64,000 bases of DNA from Tubulanus polymorphus (Eukaryota; Animalia; Nemertea). The translations under genes were made by a program, and so were the position numbers. Positions within the stretch are counted from its first letter, which is position 1; every line of letters begins with the position of its first letter. The stretch is from the NCBI RefSeq assembly GCF_964204645.1, contig NC_134029.1, positions 15,246,950-15,310,949 of the forward strand, written 5' to 3'. Positions 37,401 through 49,239 of this stretch are shown here, piece after piece. The notes beneath the pieces were generated by a model. It was not told where the DNA came from. It did not search any database and worked only from the letters and a program-made list of their open reading frames with translations.

Positions 37401-40400
37401 TGGCCATAAGGTAATGTTTTTATACCATCATCTAAAATATGCCATTTATCATCAAATGGATTCAAACTAGTTCTTTTCAACTTCATTAATGTACATCTCG
37501 TGATTTTCTGATCTTAAACAATTCATTTTATGTTTCATTACAATTGAGTTATATAAACACTTTATATAATCTTGAAATTCTATATATATCAACCACATGT
37601 TTTGTTATTCCTTTTAACTTTTTAGCCTCATGATCTTTTGTTCTGTAACTATACATTTTACTTCTTATCCCAACAAATTCAATCATTTCATCACCCCCTA
37701 ATTCATCTTTAAATTTACCAGGAATCTTTTTATTATCATTGCTAAATAGTTCATGATCTTTGGGATAATTGCTAAAATCAAAATGATGTTTTAATGTTTT
37801 TAAGTCTTTTGTTATGTCATTTGTCTTGATTTTTAGTATGTAACTGTCAGTATTTTTGGCAATTAATGGAAATCCACAGTTAAATGTACCATCTTCAGTT
37901 GATAAATCATAAACATAATCTGATGGGTTATATATTTCAAATAAATCTTTAACTTCTTCTGTTAATTCTTTTTCTACATGCCTTAAATTAAAACAATTTG
38001 GTTTAGATTTAATTAATTCTATATTCATATTAAATCCTAATGAACTGCATAATATATTTAATCCTGATGTAGCAACTTTTCCTTTCTGTGCAAAGGTTAT
38101 CTTTTTATCCTTTGTAAATTTTTTAGTGCCATCTGCGGCATAGAATCCAATGAAGAACCACTTTCTTAAATTATTTTTGCATTTAATACATAATCTGGTA
38201 CTATCTTTTCTTTTGTTGAAGTATTACTTTTCACTATTGCATGAATATAGAATTCATCATTATATTTTATAGCAAAATCTTTAGGATTATTTACAAGTAT
38301 TCTATAAACTGCTGATGATTTCATAACATCTATGATTTTAAATGTTTTATGAGAATAAACTTCTTCACAGAATTTCTTAATTCTTTCTAATAATTTCAAA
38401 TCTTGATTGCATAAATACCAACAATATTTATTACCCCAAACATATTTATACACACCTGCTGAACCATCACCCATGAAAAATCCTTTGATAAAATATTCTT
38501 TTTCTTCTAATGTTTCAGGTTCTATATTATAAATATTATCAATTATTTCATCAAATGACATATGATTCATTCTTTGGAAAAATCTTTTATGTAATAATTC
38601 ATCTCCAATTTTTATATCAGTTGGTTTTATTTCATAACCATTTCGTTTAATTAAACTATGATCTTCTGTAACATCTACAAACCCTAATTTAGTTCTAACT
38701 CTATAGATTTTCTTATTTGTTTTATGTCTAATAATATTCTTTAATTTTTTCCATCCATTTCTTGTCCAAACATCCATTAATTCATTTATTTGTATTAATT
38801 CTTTTTCACCACATGAAATATAACATTCATTTTGTTTTGGAATTATTTCTGAAATTCTTCTTATCAATATTTTATCATTACATTTTAATAATATTGGGGT
38901 GTCAGCTGTTACAGAATCAAAATATAATATTTCAATATGCTTTTCCCCAAAAAGTGGTTGTAAAACATTATAATAAAAATCATACATTAATCATTTTGAT
39001 ACTTCTAAAACAGTTGAACCAACGAATATAGGTTTATTAAATTTCATTGACGTTCTTTTTAATTTAACTGCTGTTAAATAATCTTCAAATTTTTTATTTC
39101 CTAAATGTCTAGGACTTGATTGTAAATGTCTTAATCGTTCAGAATTATTTACTAATTCAATATCATTTCTATTTCTAATATTTTCACATGTTTTACCATA
39201 AAAACTATTATTCATTAATTTGAATAAATCTTTTTCAAAATCTGTTTTTTGATATGGTTCTCTGTTGAGTATTGAAATCTATATATTTTTCTAACCACTT
39301 CGATTTATTAAATTCAATATATCTATGTACTTTCTTTAATTTCATTCCTTGTTTTAGATAAAATTTTAACATTCTATAATGAACAATATAATTATATTTA
39401 TCATTTTGAGTAAGTATCAATTTTTCTGTAAAAACATGATCTTTCGGTTTTATTTTCTTCTGGTATTCACTTAAATAACTATCATCTACAGTTAAATGTT
39501 CTGGGCAATAAGGTAAGTTTCTTGTTTTAAACATTATATTTTCAGGATATTCTAAATCAACTACAAAGAAATAACCAATTGGTGCTTCATCTTTTAAACT
39601 CGCAATTGCGCTTTCCCAGTCAGTTTTATCACCATTTTCAACTTCTATTAATATAAAATTGTTATATGGTTGAGGTTGCATCATTGCCCAACCATATAAA
39701 TTATTAGCGTCAATATATAATAATTTATATTCATCATTTGCTTTAAAATACCTATCTCCCATAACACCACTAATTCCACCTCTAATTGATTTTTCAAATA
39801 ATAAAACCATGTCTGGTTCTTTTAATAAATCTAATTCTACATTTGTGTATTTTAAACCAGATTGCCAGGTTAAACCAGGACTAGAGTAGCAATAACAAGG
39901 ATCAACATTAAAATGATTCAAATTAACCTCTCCAAATTTTTCAAATATGTCAGCCAATATCTGGCATCTGATTTTAAATATAAATCAACTAATTCACCAT
40001 GATTTTTCATCTCAAAATGGTTCCAAATATTTAATGTTCTATTAAACACTTCGTCTTTCACATACTCCTCTTTTAATTGATCATAAAATTGATCTTTTAA
40101 TAATTCTGTTACTTTAAAATCATTGTGTGTTTTATAAAATGAATAAGGAATTGCACCTTTATATCTCAATAATTTAAAATCTTGTTCAGTTGGATAATAA
40201 TATCGAGTTATTATAAAATCATTATCAACTAAACTTTTTGATAAATTATCTAATGAACTTGCTAGAAATCTATAAGAATCTAAAAATCTAATGCAACCAA
40301 ATTGAAATGACATATAATTTTCAGATGTTTTAGCTAATAGTTTAAAATCATATTTTCTTACATTTACACCATTCATAGCATTATATTCTTCTATTTCTTG

Positions 40401-42087
40401 ATTAATTGCGCCCATTTTTCCCGATAATTGTTTTATAAATAGATGGGTATCATAGCCTGATAAATTATGAAATAATATTGGTACGAAATTAACTTTCTTA
40501 GCTTGTAAATTGCAATCTTCATGAGCAGCTCCACGATATTTTGAATTTAAATGATCATGATCTCTAACTTTTTATCAAATGAATAAAAACGTTTTTCACA
40601 ATAACAACAATGAGTTACAAATGGAACAATATTCTTAAATTTATGATTAGTAAATTTCAATTTATAATCTTTTTCTGTTGGCATTATTAATTTACAAAAC
40701 TCTTTATTATCACATAATTCTTTATGTTTTAATAATTTATTCTTAGTCATAAATTTAGATAAACATTTTCTACATAGATAAATTTTATTATGGTGATCAC
40801 TTTCTGTTCTAAAGAATAAATCAATTTGTTTAACCACATATGATGTTCATTTTCATCTTTTTTGTAATATAACAAATCTATAGCATTTTCATCATCATAA
40901 TATTCTGTTAAATATAAAGCTTCCAATGTATAATCTTTAATATTTTCACCTTTTGTATTATAATTGCATTAATTCAAATACATTTATTTTTAAATTATTA
41001 ATTTTTTCTATTTTGGGTATCATTTTTATAGTTACTGGATATTGATCAATTTTATATAATGTTTCATATTTCCGGTAATATGTTATTCTACCAACATTTT
41101 CCTGTGTTGGATGTAAGCAACTAATAATTGACCATAGAAAACATTTATTATCTTCATTTTGAATATTTATTACGGCTTTTGTTGTAAATGGTAATTTAAT
41201 ATAAGATGATCCTTTAATATCCTTTTCTGTTGTAAAGTTTGAATCATTTTTAAACATTTTATTACTTTTTGATGTTTTATTTCTTTTTGTATTATAAACA
41301 TTTAAATCTAAATATATAATTTCATTCAATGTTAAGCCAGAACCCTCAAAATATCTTTCTTCAATATGACGTTTAAATTCATTAAATATTTTTTCTAACT
41401 TCTCTTTTATTTGTGTTATTGAAATTATTTCTTCAGAAAGTGTTTGAATATTATAATCCATTTTATCTTCTGACTTTAAAAAACTTACTTTCCCAGAGAT
41501 ACTAATTTTTGGATATTCAACATCTGTTATCAAATCTAGTATTTTTTCTATTATTTCATTAAATTTACTATAATCTTCTATTGTTGTACCTTTAAAAAAT
41601 CTAAATATAATAGCTGCAGGACCAATTTTACTACGTAATGTTTCTAATATTTCAATTGTATCTTTTATTTCTAGTGAATCAATATAATTTCTAACATTTT
41701 CCATGTAAGGTTTATTTGAAATGGATTTAGGTTTTGAAGTTGGTTTTTTTACTTGTTGAGGTTTATCATTAAAATAATCTTTTCCGAAAACATTATTACT
41801 CAAATTTGATGGTGTTTTTGTGATTCGAGATGTCTATTATAATTCCTTTTTACTATAAATTCATTACAAACTTCACATTTTATTTCATCCACATTCATAT
41901 TTTCTAATCGTTCTTTTCTTTCATTGGAATTTTCTGGAGTTTCAAAATCTATAACATTTTTTATATGATTTGAAGATTTTTCATGTTTAGATTTATTAGA
42001 TTTATCGATGTATTTTTTACAATATGGGCAATAATATTGATTTTTATTAACATTATTGTTTTCTGTCTGGTACTCACTCTCTCCCAT
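37397..42087 (-). pseudogene. polB: Protein-primed DNA polymerase B polyprotein gene (ZnF, OTU-like, HNH-like, exonuclease, polymerase) containing an intein; multiple frameshifts
   Basis: DNKCFLWSI, DHDHL..YRGAAHEDCNL, FHNLSGYDTH, FLDSYRFL, IRGGIS, YIDANNLYGWAM, MNNSFYGKT, YFD[intein]TDS, GKFKDE, RSKMYS, KLKGI. Confidence 0.92.
37852..38915 (-). mobile_element. Intein with LAGLIDADG homing endonuclease inside pPolB motif C (1064 bp, one frameshift near 38170)
   Basis: Block A SVTADTPILL; block B VDVTEDHSLI; endonuclease motifs YFIKGFFMGDGS and WFFIGFYAADGT; block F YVYDLSTEDGTF; ends LIAKN followed by extein T; removal restores YFDTDS. Confidence 0.93.
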
Positions 42088-45000
42088 TTATAAGGAAAAA
42101 AAATTACTTGTGGTGATGAGTGGTGTCTCGTACTCTCGTACTCTGATCTGAAAGCCTACTTTCCCTATTACTCCCGTTAACCTGTGAACACGTCTTTGAT
42201 ATATTTTCTTCATACAAGACCGACCCTTAAAATAATGCTGAGAGTTTCGAGGAAAATTATGGTAGGATCTCTTCTTAGGCTGCTTCGTATCAGTGGAAGG
42301 TTGCTAATTATTGATTTCATACACAATAATCATAAGTACCATGAGAGTCCATAGAATATCGTTTTTCAATCATATGTACACGAATTATCGCGATATAATG
42401 ATAAATAGTACTTCTATATTTCTATATTCTATACTTTATACGTCTTATACTGTATATTTCTTTAGCAGTGTAAGTAAAGAGTGGATCAGCAGGCCAGCTG
42501 AGACCATTCCACGATCTATGGTCAGTTGCCAAAAGTTAGTAAGTTTACCAGTGGATAGCGAAGATTTATCATGACAATTTAAACTTGCTAAACATTGCTA
42601 AAATAACTTAATACTTGTAGAATAGTCACACTCAAATGCGGAGAATTGATAATACGATAATACGATACGAAAACTCACTGTGTACAAATTCAAAAAGATG
42701 ATCTCTAGTGAGAGATCAAACGTTGTGTCGTAATTTTCTGATGATAAAACTTGGTTTGAAATTTGAAATGTGTACATAGTGGATCTTTTTCATATTAATT
42801 GTGTATTTGGTCATGTATAATGGTTAATTTAAACTAACTTTTGAGAAACTGGTCCAGAGCAGCTGTATCCTCAATTCCTGTAATAGAGGACGCAATCTTT
42901 TTGCAGCAAACAGTACAAATAGCTAGAAAGAAAAGGTAACAATACTCCATTGGCAAACTTAAAGCAAGCGTACATTGGTTTTTTAGGTTTTCGAAGGGGT
43001 GAATTTTTGGGAAAATTTATGTTTAGTCAACATTGAGATATAATTGAGCTGTACACAAGGAATTTCTTTGTAGTCCGATATCCGTGATTACCTCTGGCGT
43101 GAAGAGATACAATCTAAAACCAACCGTCCAGTCAAATATTTTACTACAATTTTTCATGATCAATAAAAAGATTAATAGACATTCCACTCCATTGTAAACT
43201 CATTCATCTTTACACAAACTCCAACTTGTTGAACAGTTCAAAATCGCGTGGCTTGAATTATTACGATAACTAAAATTAGGGACCACGATACTTGCTCATC
43301 TACACTGGCTACCAACAGAGGATTGGATTTGAGTGTTTGATGTTGTAACAATACCATACTGAATTATGGCTTCAGTTGCTACTATTTGATTGAACATTTA
43401 TATCACATATTGGGCATCATTTTATAACCTATCCATATATCAATTTTATATAATCTGACTTTTGAGATTCAATCAATGCATTCATATGCGGTCGTCGCAT
43501 TCAATAGCCACCACGGACTGGCTCCTTATTATTTCCTTGGCGATACCTTTGGCGGACGATCCCACGCGTTTCTTGCTCCTGCCCTAGAATGCTCAATATT
43601 CGTCATGGACCCCGATTTGAATTTAAATTCAAAAGACTCCTAAAACACACCGGTTTACTCGATTACTCAGAAGCGCCTTTGAACATTTATGTGCAAGAAT
43701 CAGTAAAATTGGGGCTTTATCAGTTGTATTCATCATTCGAACCCACGAATCTCGTATCCTATGAATGTGGAGACCCATCCTCGTAAGAGAATGAATAGGC
43801 TCTGTTGCGTTCATATCATTTGATATGAGGCTACGTTTCATCTTTAATGATTCCATTAAATGTTTTTATGCTATTTTAGATTTAAAAAGAGTCCATGATA
43901 GTATTTCATGAGAGCCTCAAATAACGTCAACTTGAAACATTAGCGAAACATTTTTTTGACGGAAATATCGTTACCATCGAATTTTCAAAACTTGAAGGAA
44001 TGGTTTAATGCCTTGGTGACCACTGGTCTAGTACGCGGTTTTCTGAAACAAAAGTGGCAAAGTCTAAAGAACAACTATTGTAACAAATGATTTCAAATAT
44101 TAGTTTGCCCAATGCATTTAATGATTTAATTAATTGATATCGCGCTGATTGGTTCAAAGACGGGTGTTAGTCATCTTGTGATTTATGGTTTTTTAAGCGT
44201 TGATTAACCATAGATTTTAATCTTATCATATCTTATTTGTAGGCGCTTCCCGCAAACATTTTCTATTCGATGAGTTTTCAAACACAGTACTGTTCAGATT
44301 ATTCAAGCTTCGAGTCAAGTAGTAACAAGAAAATTAACTTTAATAAATTATTTGACGCCTGCGAAAAAATGTAGAATTTCTGGTATAAGCTAATGTGGAA
44401 TTGCAAATTTGAAATCGAAGTTTTAAGAAATTTTGGGAATTATGAGATTTGGCGATTGGGTAGATGATACAGTCTTCGACTGGTCTAATTAAAAAAAAAA
44501 TTGTCAACTTGTGACTTCGATTCACTTTTGCTTCTAAGCTGGTCTGCAACTTCATTGCCTCCATGGTTGAAGAAAGAGCTCTTCTGATGTCTGCTTCATC
44601 GTTACTTCGAGCATATCGTGTAGCCAGCCAGCCCGGTCCTGGGGCCCGGTCTGGCTGTCACTTGATATCCTAGACTTGAGTCTGGGTTAAAGTAGACATT
44701 GTCATATAATTAACTTATTCATGTTATTCTGTATGAATTACCCGGTGTCTTGTATTTTCTTATTTCAAAATTTGTAAATTTATTGATTTTTGGAATTTTA
44801 TCCCGGAACTTCAATGTAATAAGGATCAATAAAGTATTGAATTGAATTGTCACCTTATACACATGCCATCAGTGGACGCGGAGCCGTATATGACAGCTAT
44901 GCTATTATAAATTGCTAATCTCATGAAACCTGCATACGTCTAATATCGAACATATTTTCTAAAACATTTGAATATTGAAATTATATGTTTACACGTTTTT

Positions 45001-46965
45001 ATATAGACCGCTTGTAGCCGCCGATGAAATTCACGCCGGCCCAACTCAGATCGTAGATAGCTTCGTCATTCCACTAGCATCCCCATGTCTGGGTCTGACT
45101 TTTATATCAGACTTCCAAATCGTGTATACATCCGCCATTTAACCGAATAATCCGATTTACTTATCATTTCTATTTATCCCTGCCGCCCCTGATATAATCA
45201 TACATCCTTTACTATTACAATATGTCTTCTCATGATATTCGATGCGATATAACATTTCGACGTTCAAATAGAGGTCATTATATAATCCAAGGGAGCCATT
45301 CTACATCTTTATCAATAATATTTTGCCAAATAGCTTGTATGTGTACACATAAACCTGTGACGTTTTGCACATCGATTTACGGTTGTCGTTTGTAAAATGA
45401 CGCTGAATGGTTATCATTGTTTAGGTTTCATAATGGTAACGTTTTATAAGGCGTCAAAAAAATCTTATGTATTAACATTACTATGCAGTGAAAATAACGC
45501 ACTGCGGCAAGTGAGGTGCTGTGATCCAGATGTGTAACCCATTTATGGGTAATAAATTTCCATCATGTCGACGCTATTCACAAACAGTAGCAAAACATAC
45601 TGCTGGTCTCTAGAATTATTTATACGACGACAAGCACTTTCGAATTCGACCACGATATTCGAGAAGTTTCACTTGGGCAGTGGTGGACAGTGATGGTCAA
45701 TTTATGAATTTTCAATGGCGAATCCTTTCTAATTTCACACAAAATACCGGTACCGGTATATCGTTCTTATATTCCAGAAGTTTAAATTGGTCAGTGGTGG
45801 TCAGTGATGGTCAATTTATGAATTTTCAATGGCGAATCCTATCTAGTTTCATACCAAACGCGGTATATCTTTCTCATATTCGAGAAGTATGAATTGGTCA
45901 GTGGTGGTCAGTGATGGTCAGTTTATCGAATTTGCAATGATGAATCCTTAGTAGTTTGAAAACAAACATGACTTGAAAAATCGAAATTCGAAGTCAAGTG
46001 TCCGAGACTCGAGGATATCTCAATTGGTCAGTTTCCGACCATCATGGTGTCACCATTGTGTTCTATAGCTCAAATGAAACATGTGGAACCGACGAAGGGG
46101 CCCAAAAGCGTAAATCATTTCCTGAGTGATGTGATCCAAAAATGCCCTAACTGGAAAAGGCAGTCTCTCAATTGGACAAAACCAAATCGGACAGGACAAT
46201 TAATATTGGGAAGGTCACACGCTTTCTAGAAGCCCACGCAGTACACTTTTAGCGTATTATTATGAAATCTTATTTTAAACCACCATGTACGACATGAAGT
46301 AATAAGCATCGTTGTAAGCACTTGAAACACCCATTAACCACTTGAAACTGTCAGATCAAACATCGTACCGAATCCTCGCAAGGAGGGTTAGTTCAGCAAA
46401 CCTGAGCAAACCGGAAAACTCATAATGGTATGTTAAGAAGCCTCTGCCAGTGTGTGCCCGTGTTAAATAATCTTAAATGCGCGCTGATTGGCATATAAAC
46501 GAATGTTTTGAAATCTGAATTCAGATTATTGAATCCAGGCCTTTGTGATAAAAAGGGTCCATCGCTGGTAGTGAAAGTGTGAAAAGCAGTGAATTAAAAA
46601 TTTAAAAAAAATCACTTTACAGCCGTCGGTAGCAGTAATGTACTGAGAAGGGTCTCTATTTGAGTCATTGGGGGAAACCGACTTCCACGTATATTCATGA
46701 TGAATCATGATATAGTGTTGCGCGCGATTTCTACGTGTGTCAGTAAGTATACTGCTTCGCAGTGTCAGATGTCCATACAAATTTCTTGTTTCAATTGGAG
46801 ACAAATTACGATTTGGAGCACAGATCTTCCTTTGAACTTCTGCCAAAACTATGTTCATGTATCTTGAATGTGAAATCGAAGGACAGGTCTTTGGGCCATG
46901 TTGGGGCTCTTGTTTAAATTTTAGATTCCATCAAGCGCTTTTTAATCTTTTTTCTCGTTTTGTAG

Positions 46966-47088
46966 ATAAAGATGAATGTGAAGATGATGGAATTTGTAGA
47001 GATGGCCATTGTCTTAACACGGTTGGTAGTTTTAAATGTAGGTGCAATGCTGGATTTATACCTTCAGCCGATGGGACAAGTTGTAGAG
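46966..47088 (+). CDS. Fibrillin-like gene exon: cbEGF
   Basis: tgtag|..|gtacc, 123 nt; DKDECEDDGICRDGHCLNTVGSFKCRCNAGFIPSADGTSCR. Confidence 0.9.
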
Positions 47089-47268
47089 GTACCTTCATAT
47101 ATGTTTTAGCGTCTCAATATCAGAATCCTTTCTTGTGAAATCGTCAATATCTACCGTATGAATGATAAGATGATTATATGTGTAAAATCCGCAAAAAATA
47201 TAAACATTATTACTATTAATCATTAATCCAGAGATTAATGATTATCTTGATATCTACGTTTGAAATAG

Positions 47269-47394
47269 ATATGGACGAATGTTCTAAAACTGGAATGTGT
47301 GAAAATGGAATATGTATCAATATGCAGGGAACGTATAAATGCAGATGCAATCCTGGCTACATACAGTCACAAACCAACAATCAAAGGTGTTTAG
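47269..47394 (+). CDS. Fibrillin-like gene exon: cbEGF
   Basis: aatag|..|gtaat, 126 nt; DMDECSKTGMCENGICINMQGTYKCRCNPGYIQSQTNNQRCL. Confidence 0.9.
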   Translation: MWTNVLKLECVKMEYVSICRERINADAILATYSHKPTIKGV

Positions 47395-47604
47395 GTAATA
47401 TTTTTGTTTTCTTCTAAATGAGCTGTTCTCTATTAAATGAATCAATCGCACGGAGTTACTTCTGAGTTGAAGAAAAACCTTGCAGTTGTCAGAAGGATAT
47501 CATATTTCACCCTATAAAGATGCCTCTGCGCAACGCGCCAATGGCTCGTATTAAGCCATTTCATTTTCATTTTTAATGTTTCTTGGTTTTGATTAATTAC
47601 ACAG

Positions 47605-47730
47605 ATATCAACGAATGCCAAGCCAATCCTGGAGTTTGTCATAACGGATACTGCATCAATTCACTGGGAACTTTTAGGTGTCATTGCAATCCTGGATACG
47701 AATTGGCGCCAGATAACTCAATTTGTGTAG
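47605..47730 (+). CDS. Fibrillin-like gene exon: cbEGF
   Basis: cacag|..|gtacgt, 126 nt; DINECQANPGVCHNGYCINSLGTFRCHCNPGYELAPDNSICV. Confidence 0.9.
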   Translation: MSTNAKPILEFVITDTASIHWELLGVIAILDTNWRQITQFV

Positions 47731-47979
47731 GTACGTTTGTATCTTTCTGTTTGCTTTACAATATATCATAAAATAATCTTATTGAATTCGAAACCGAACC
47801 ATTCATTTGACATCTATATCTTTTCCCGCTTGCAACGTAAGTCCACAGGGCATCCATTTTCGTATATTAACTAGGCTTTCGTAGATCGTATTGATACAAG
47901 ACAATGTACTTTGTGCGGACTGCGTTTTTTATAACTGGTGATCTGCTTTGATCCCCTCCTGCTCTTTCTTAGTTAGATG

Positions 47980-49238
47980 AGTAATTGCAAAATGTTGGTT
48001 TCAGTTCATCGGTCAAGAGGTCGACTCGCCCGCACTCATAACTTTATTCCGATATAAATGAGAGACAGTAAGACATTCTTAGCATCAATAAATAACAGAA
48101 TAAAACCATCAAAAACAATATGAAATAAAAAAATATTTGCTATTTCACTAGAAATTGAACACAAAATATCAAAGTTAGAAGAAATAACAGCAAATTTAAG
48201 TTATTGTAGTGTGAACACAAAACGTGAATTTTGGGTATATCTTACCGATAAACGGGTTAAACGGGTGAAGATGGTGATCATGATTCAAAAATTGTTGATT
48301 TCATAAAAAGACAAAATAAAGTAAGAATAAGTTAAGAAATATAAAAATTTAAAAAAGACTATCTTTTTTTTGCTTTTTTCCTAAAATATTCACTCGCCCG
48401 CTCATCACTATTTACTCCTAAGACAGAAAGATCCTTACAGAAAAAATAGATGATAAAAAGGAGCTTAAAAAAACGAATATAATTGTCCGTATTGTAAAAA
48501 ATATATTGGTAAATCTCATAAAGCATGCCTCGAAAAATCTGCAAAACATAAAAAGAATGTGAATGATTTTGAAACACCTGAAAATTCAAATAAAAGAAAA
48601 GAACAATTAAACAATATAAAATTAAATGTGAGGTTTATAATGAATCTATAACAAAAAGGAATTATCATAGATATTTTGAATCACAAAAACATCGACAGAA
48701 TTTGAATAAAAATATTTTAGGAACAGAATATTTTGATGATAAATATCTATTACAAAACCAGTTTCAAAAAACTAAATCTATTTCAAATAAACCTTATATG
48801 GAAAATGTTAGAAATTATATTGATTCATAAGAATTTAAAGATAAAATTGGAATTTTAGAAAAATTACGTAGTAAAATTGGTCCTGTAGCTATTATATTTA
48901 GATTTCATAACATAAGCATAAAAATAGAAGAATAAGTAAATATATTGAAACAATGGATAACATTATGGATTTGGTGTTGAATATCCAAACATTAGTGTTT
49001 CTGGTAAAGTAAGTTTTATAAATTCAGAAGAAAAAATGGAGTGCAATATTCAAACGCATTCCGAAGAAATTATTAAAAAAAACAAATTAAAGATAAATTA
49101 GAAAAAGTATTTAATTAATTTGAACGTCATATTGAATATTGAAAAGATATTTTGCGGGTTATGGTTTAACCTTGAAAGAAATTACATTTTTAGACCTATT
49201 CATTTACAATACAAAAAGGAATGAAGAGTCAAAAAGTA
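47980..49238 (+). mobile_element. Degraded Polinton remnant C (terminal repeat, small conserved gene, ZnF/pPolB N-terminus)
   Basis: agtaattgcaaaatgttggtttcag resembles the TIR; close nucleotide similarity to 32034-32360 and to the reverse complement of 41280-42040 (NKPYMENVRNYIDS, LRSKIGP). Confidence 0.8.
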
Positions 49239-49239
49239 A

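Larger units (their letters stand above)
31949..42172 (-). mobile_element. Polinton/Maverick (adintovirus-like) element, 10224 bp, internally deleted, ends intact
   Basis: 93-bp TIRs (31949-32041, 42080-42172; one mismatch) with AG..CT termini; TSD CCCGTT at 31943-31948 and 42173-42178; pPolB, capsid, integrase and ATPase genes. Confidence 0.95.

Noticed and set aside
37852-38915. Alternative reading as a Hedgehog-type Hint domain or a self-splicing intron ORF
   Set aside because: It is continuous with the polymerase frame at both junctions, sits in the catalytic motif, and has both splice-junction residues plus an internal endonuclease
31949-42172. Contaminating virus or phage contig
   Set aside because: A perfect 6-bp TSD and a position between phase-compatible host exons indicate true integration
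42311-46860. Scattered 60-110 aa ORFs in intron DNA
   Set aside because: No domain motifs and no cysteine pattern or splice context matching the host gene
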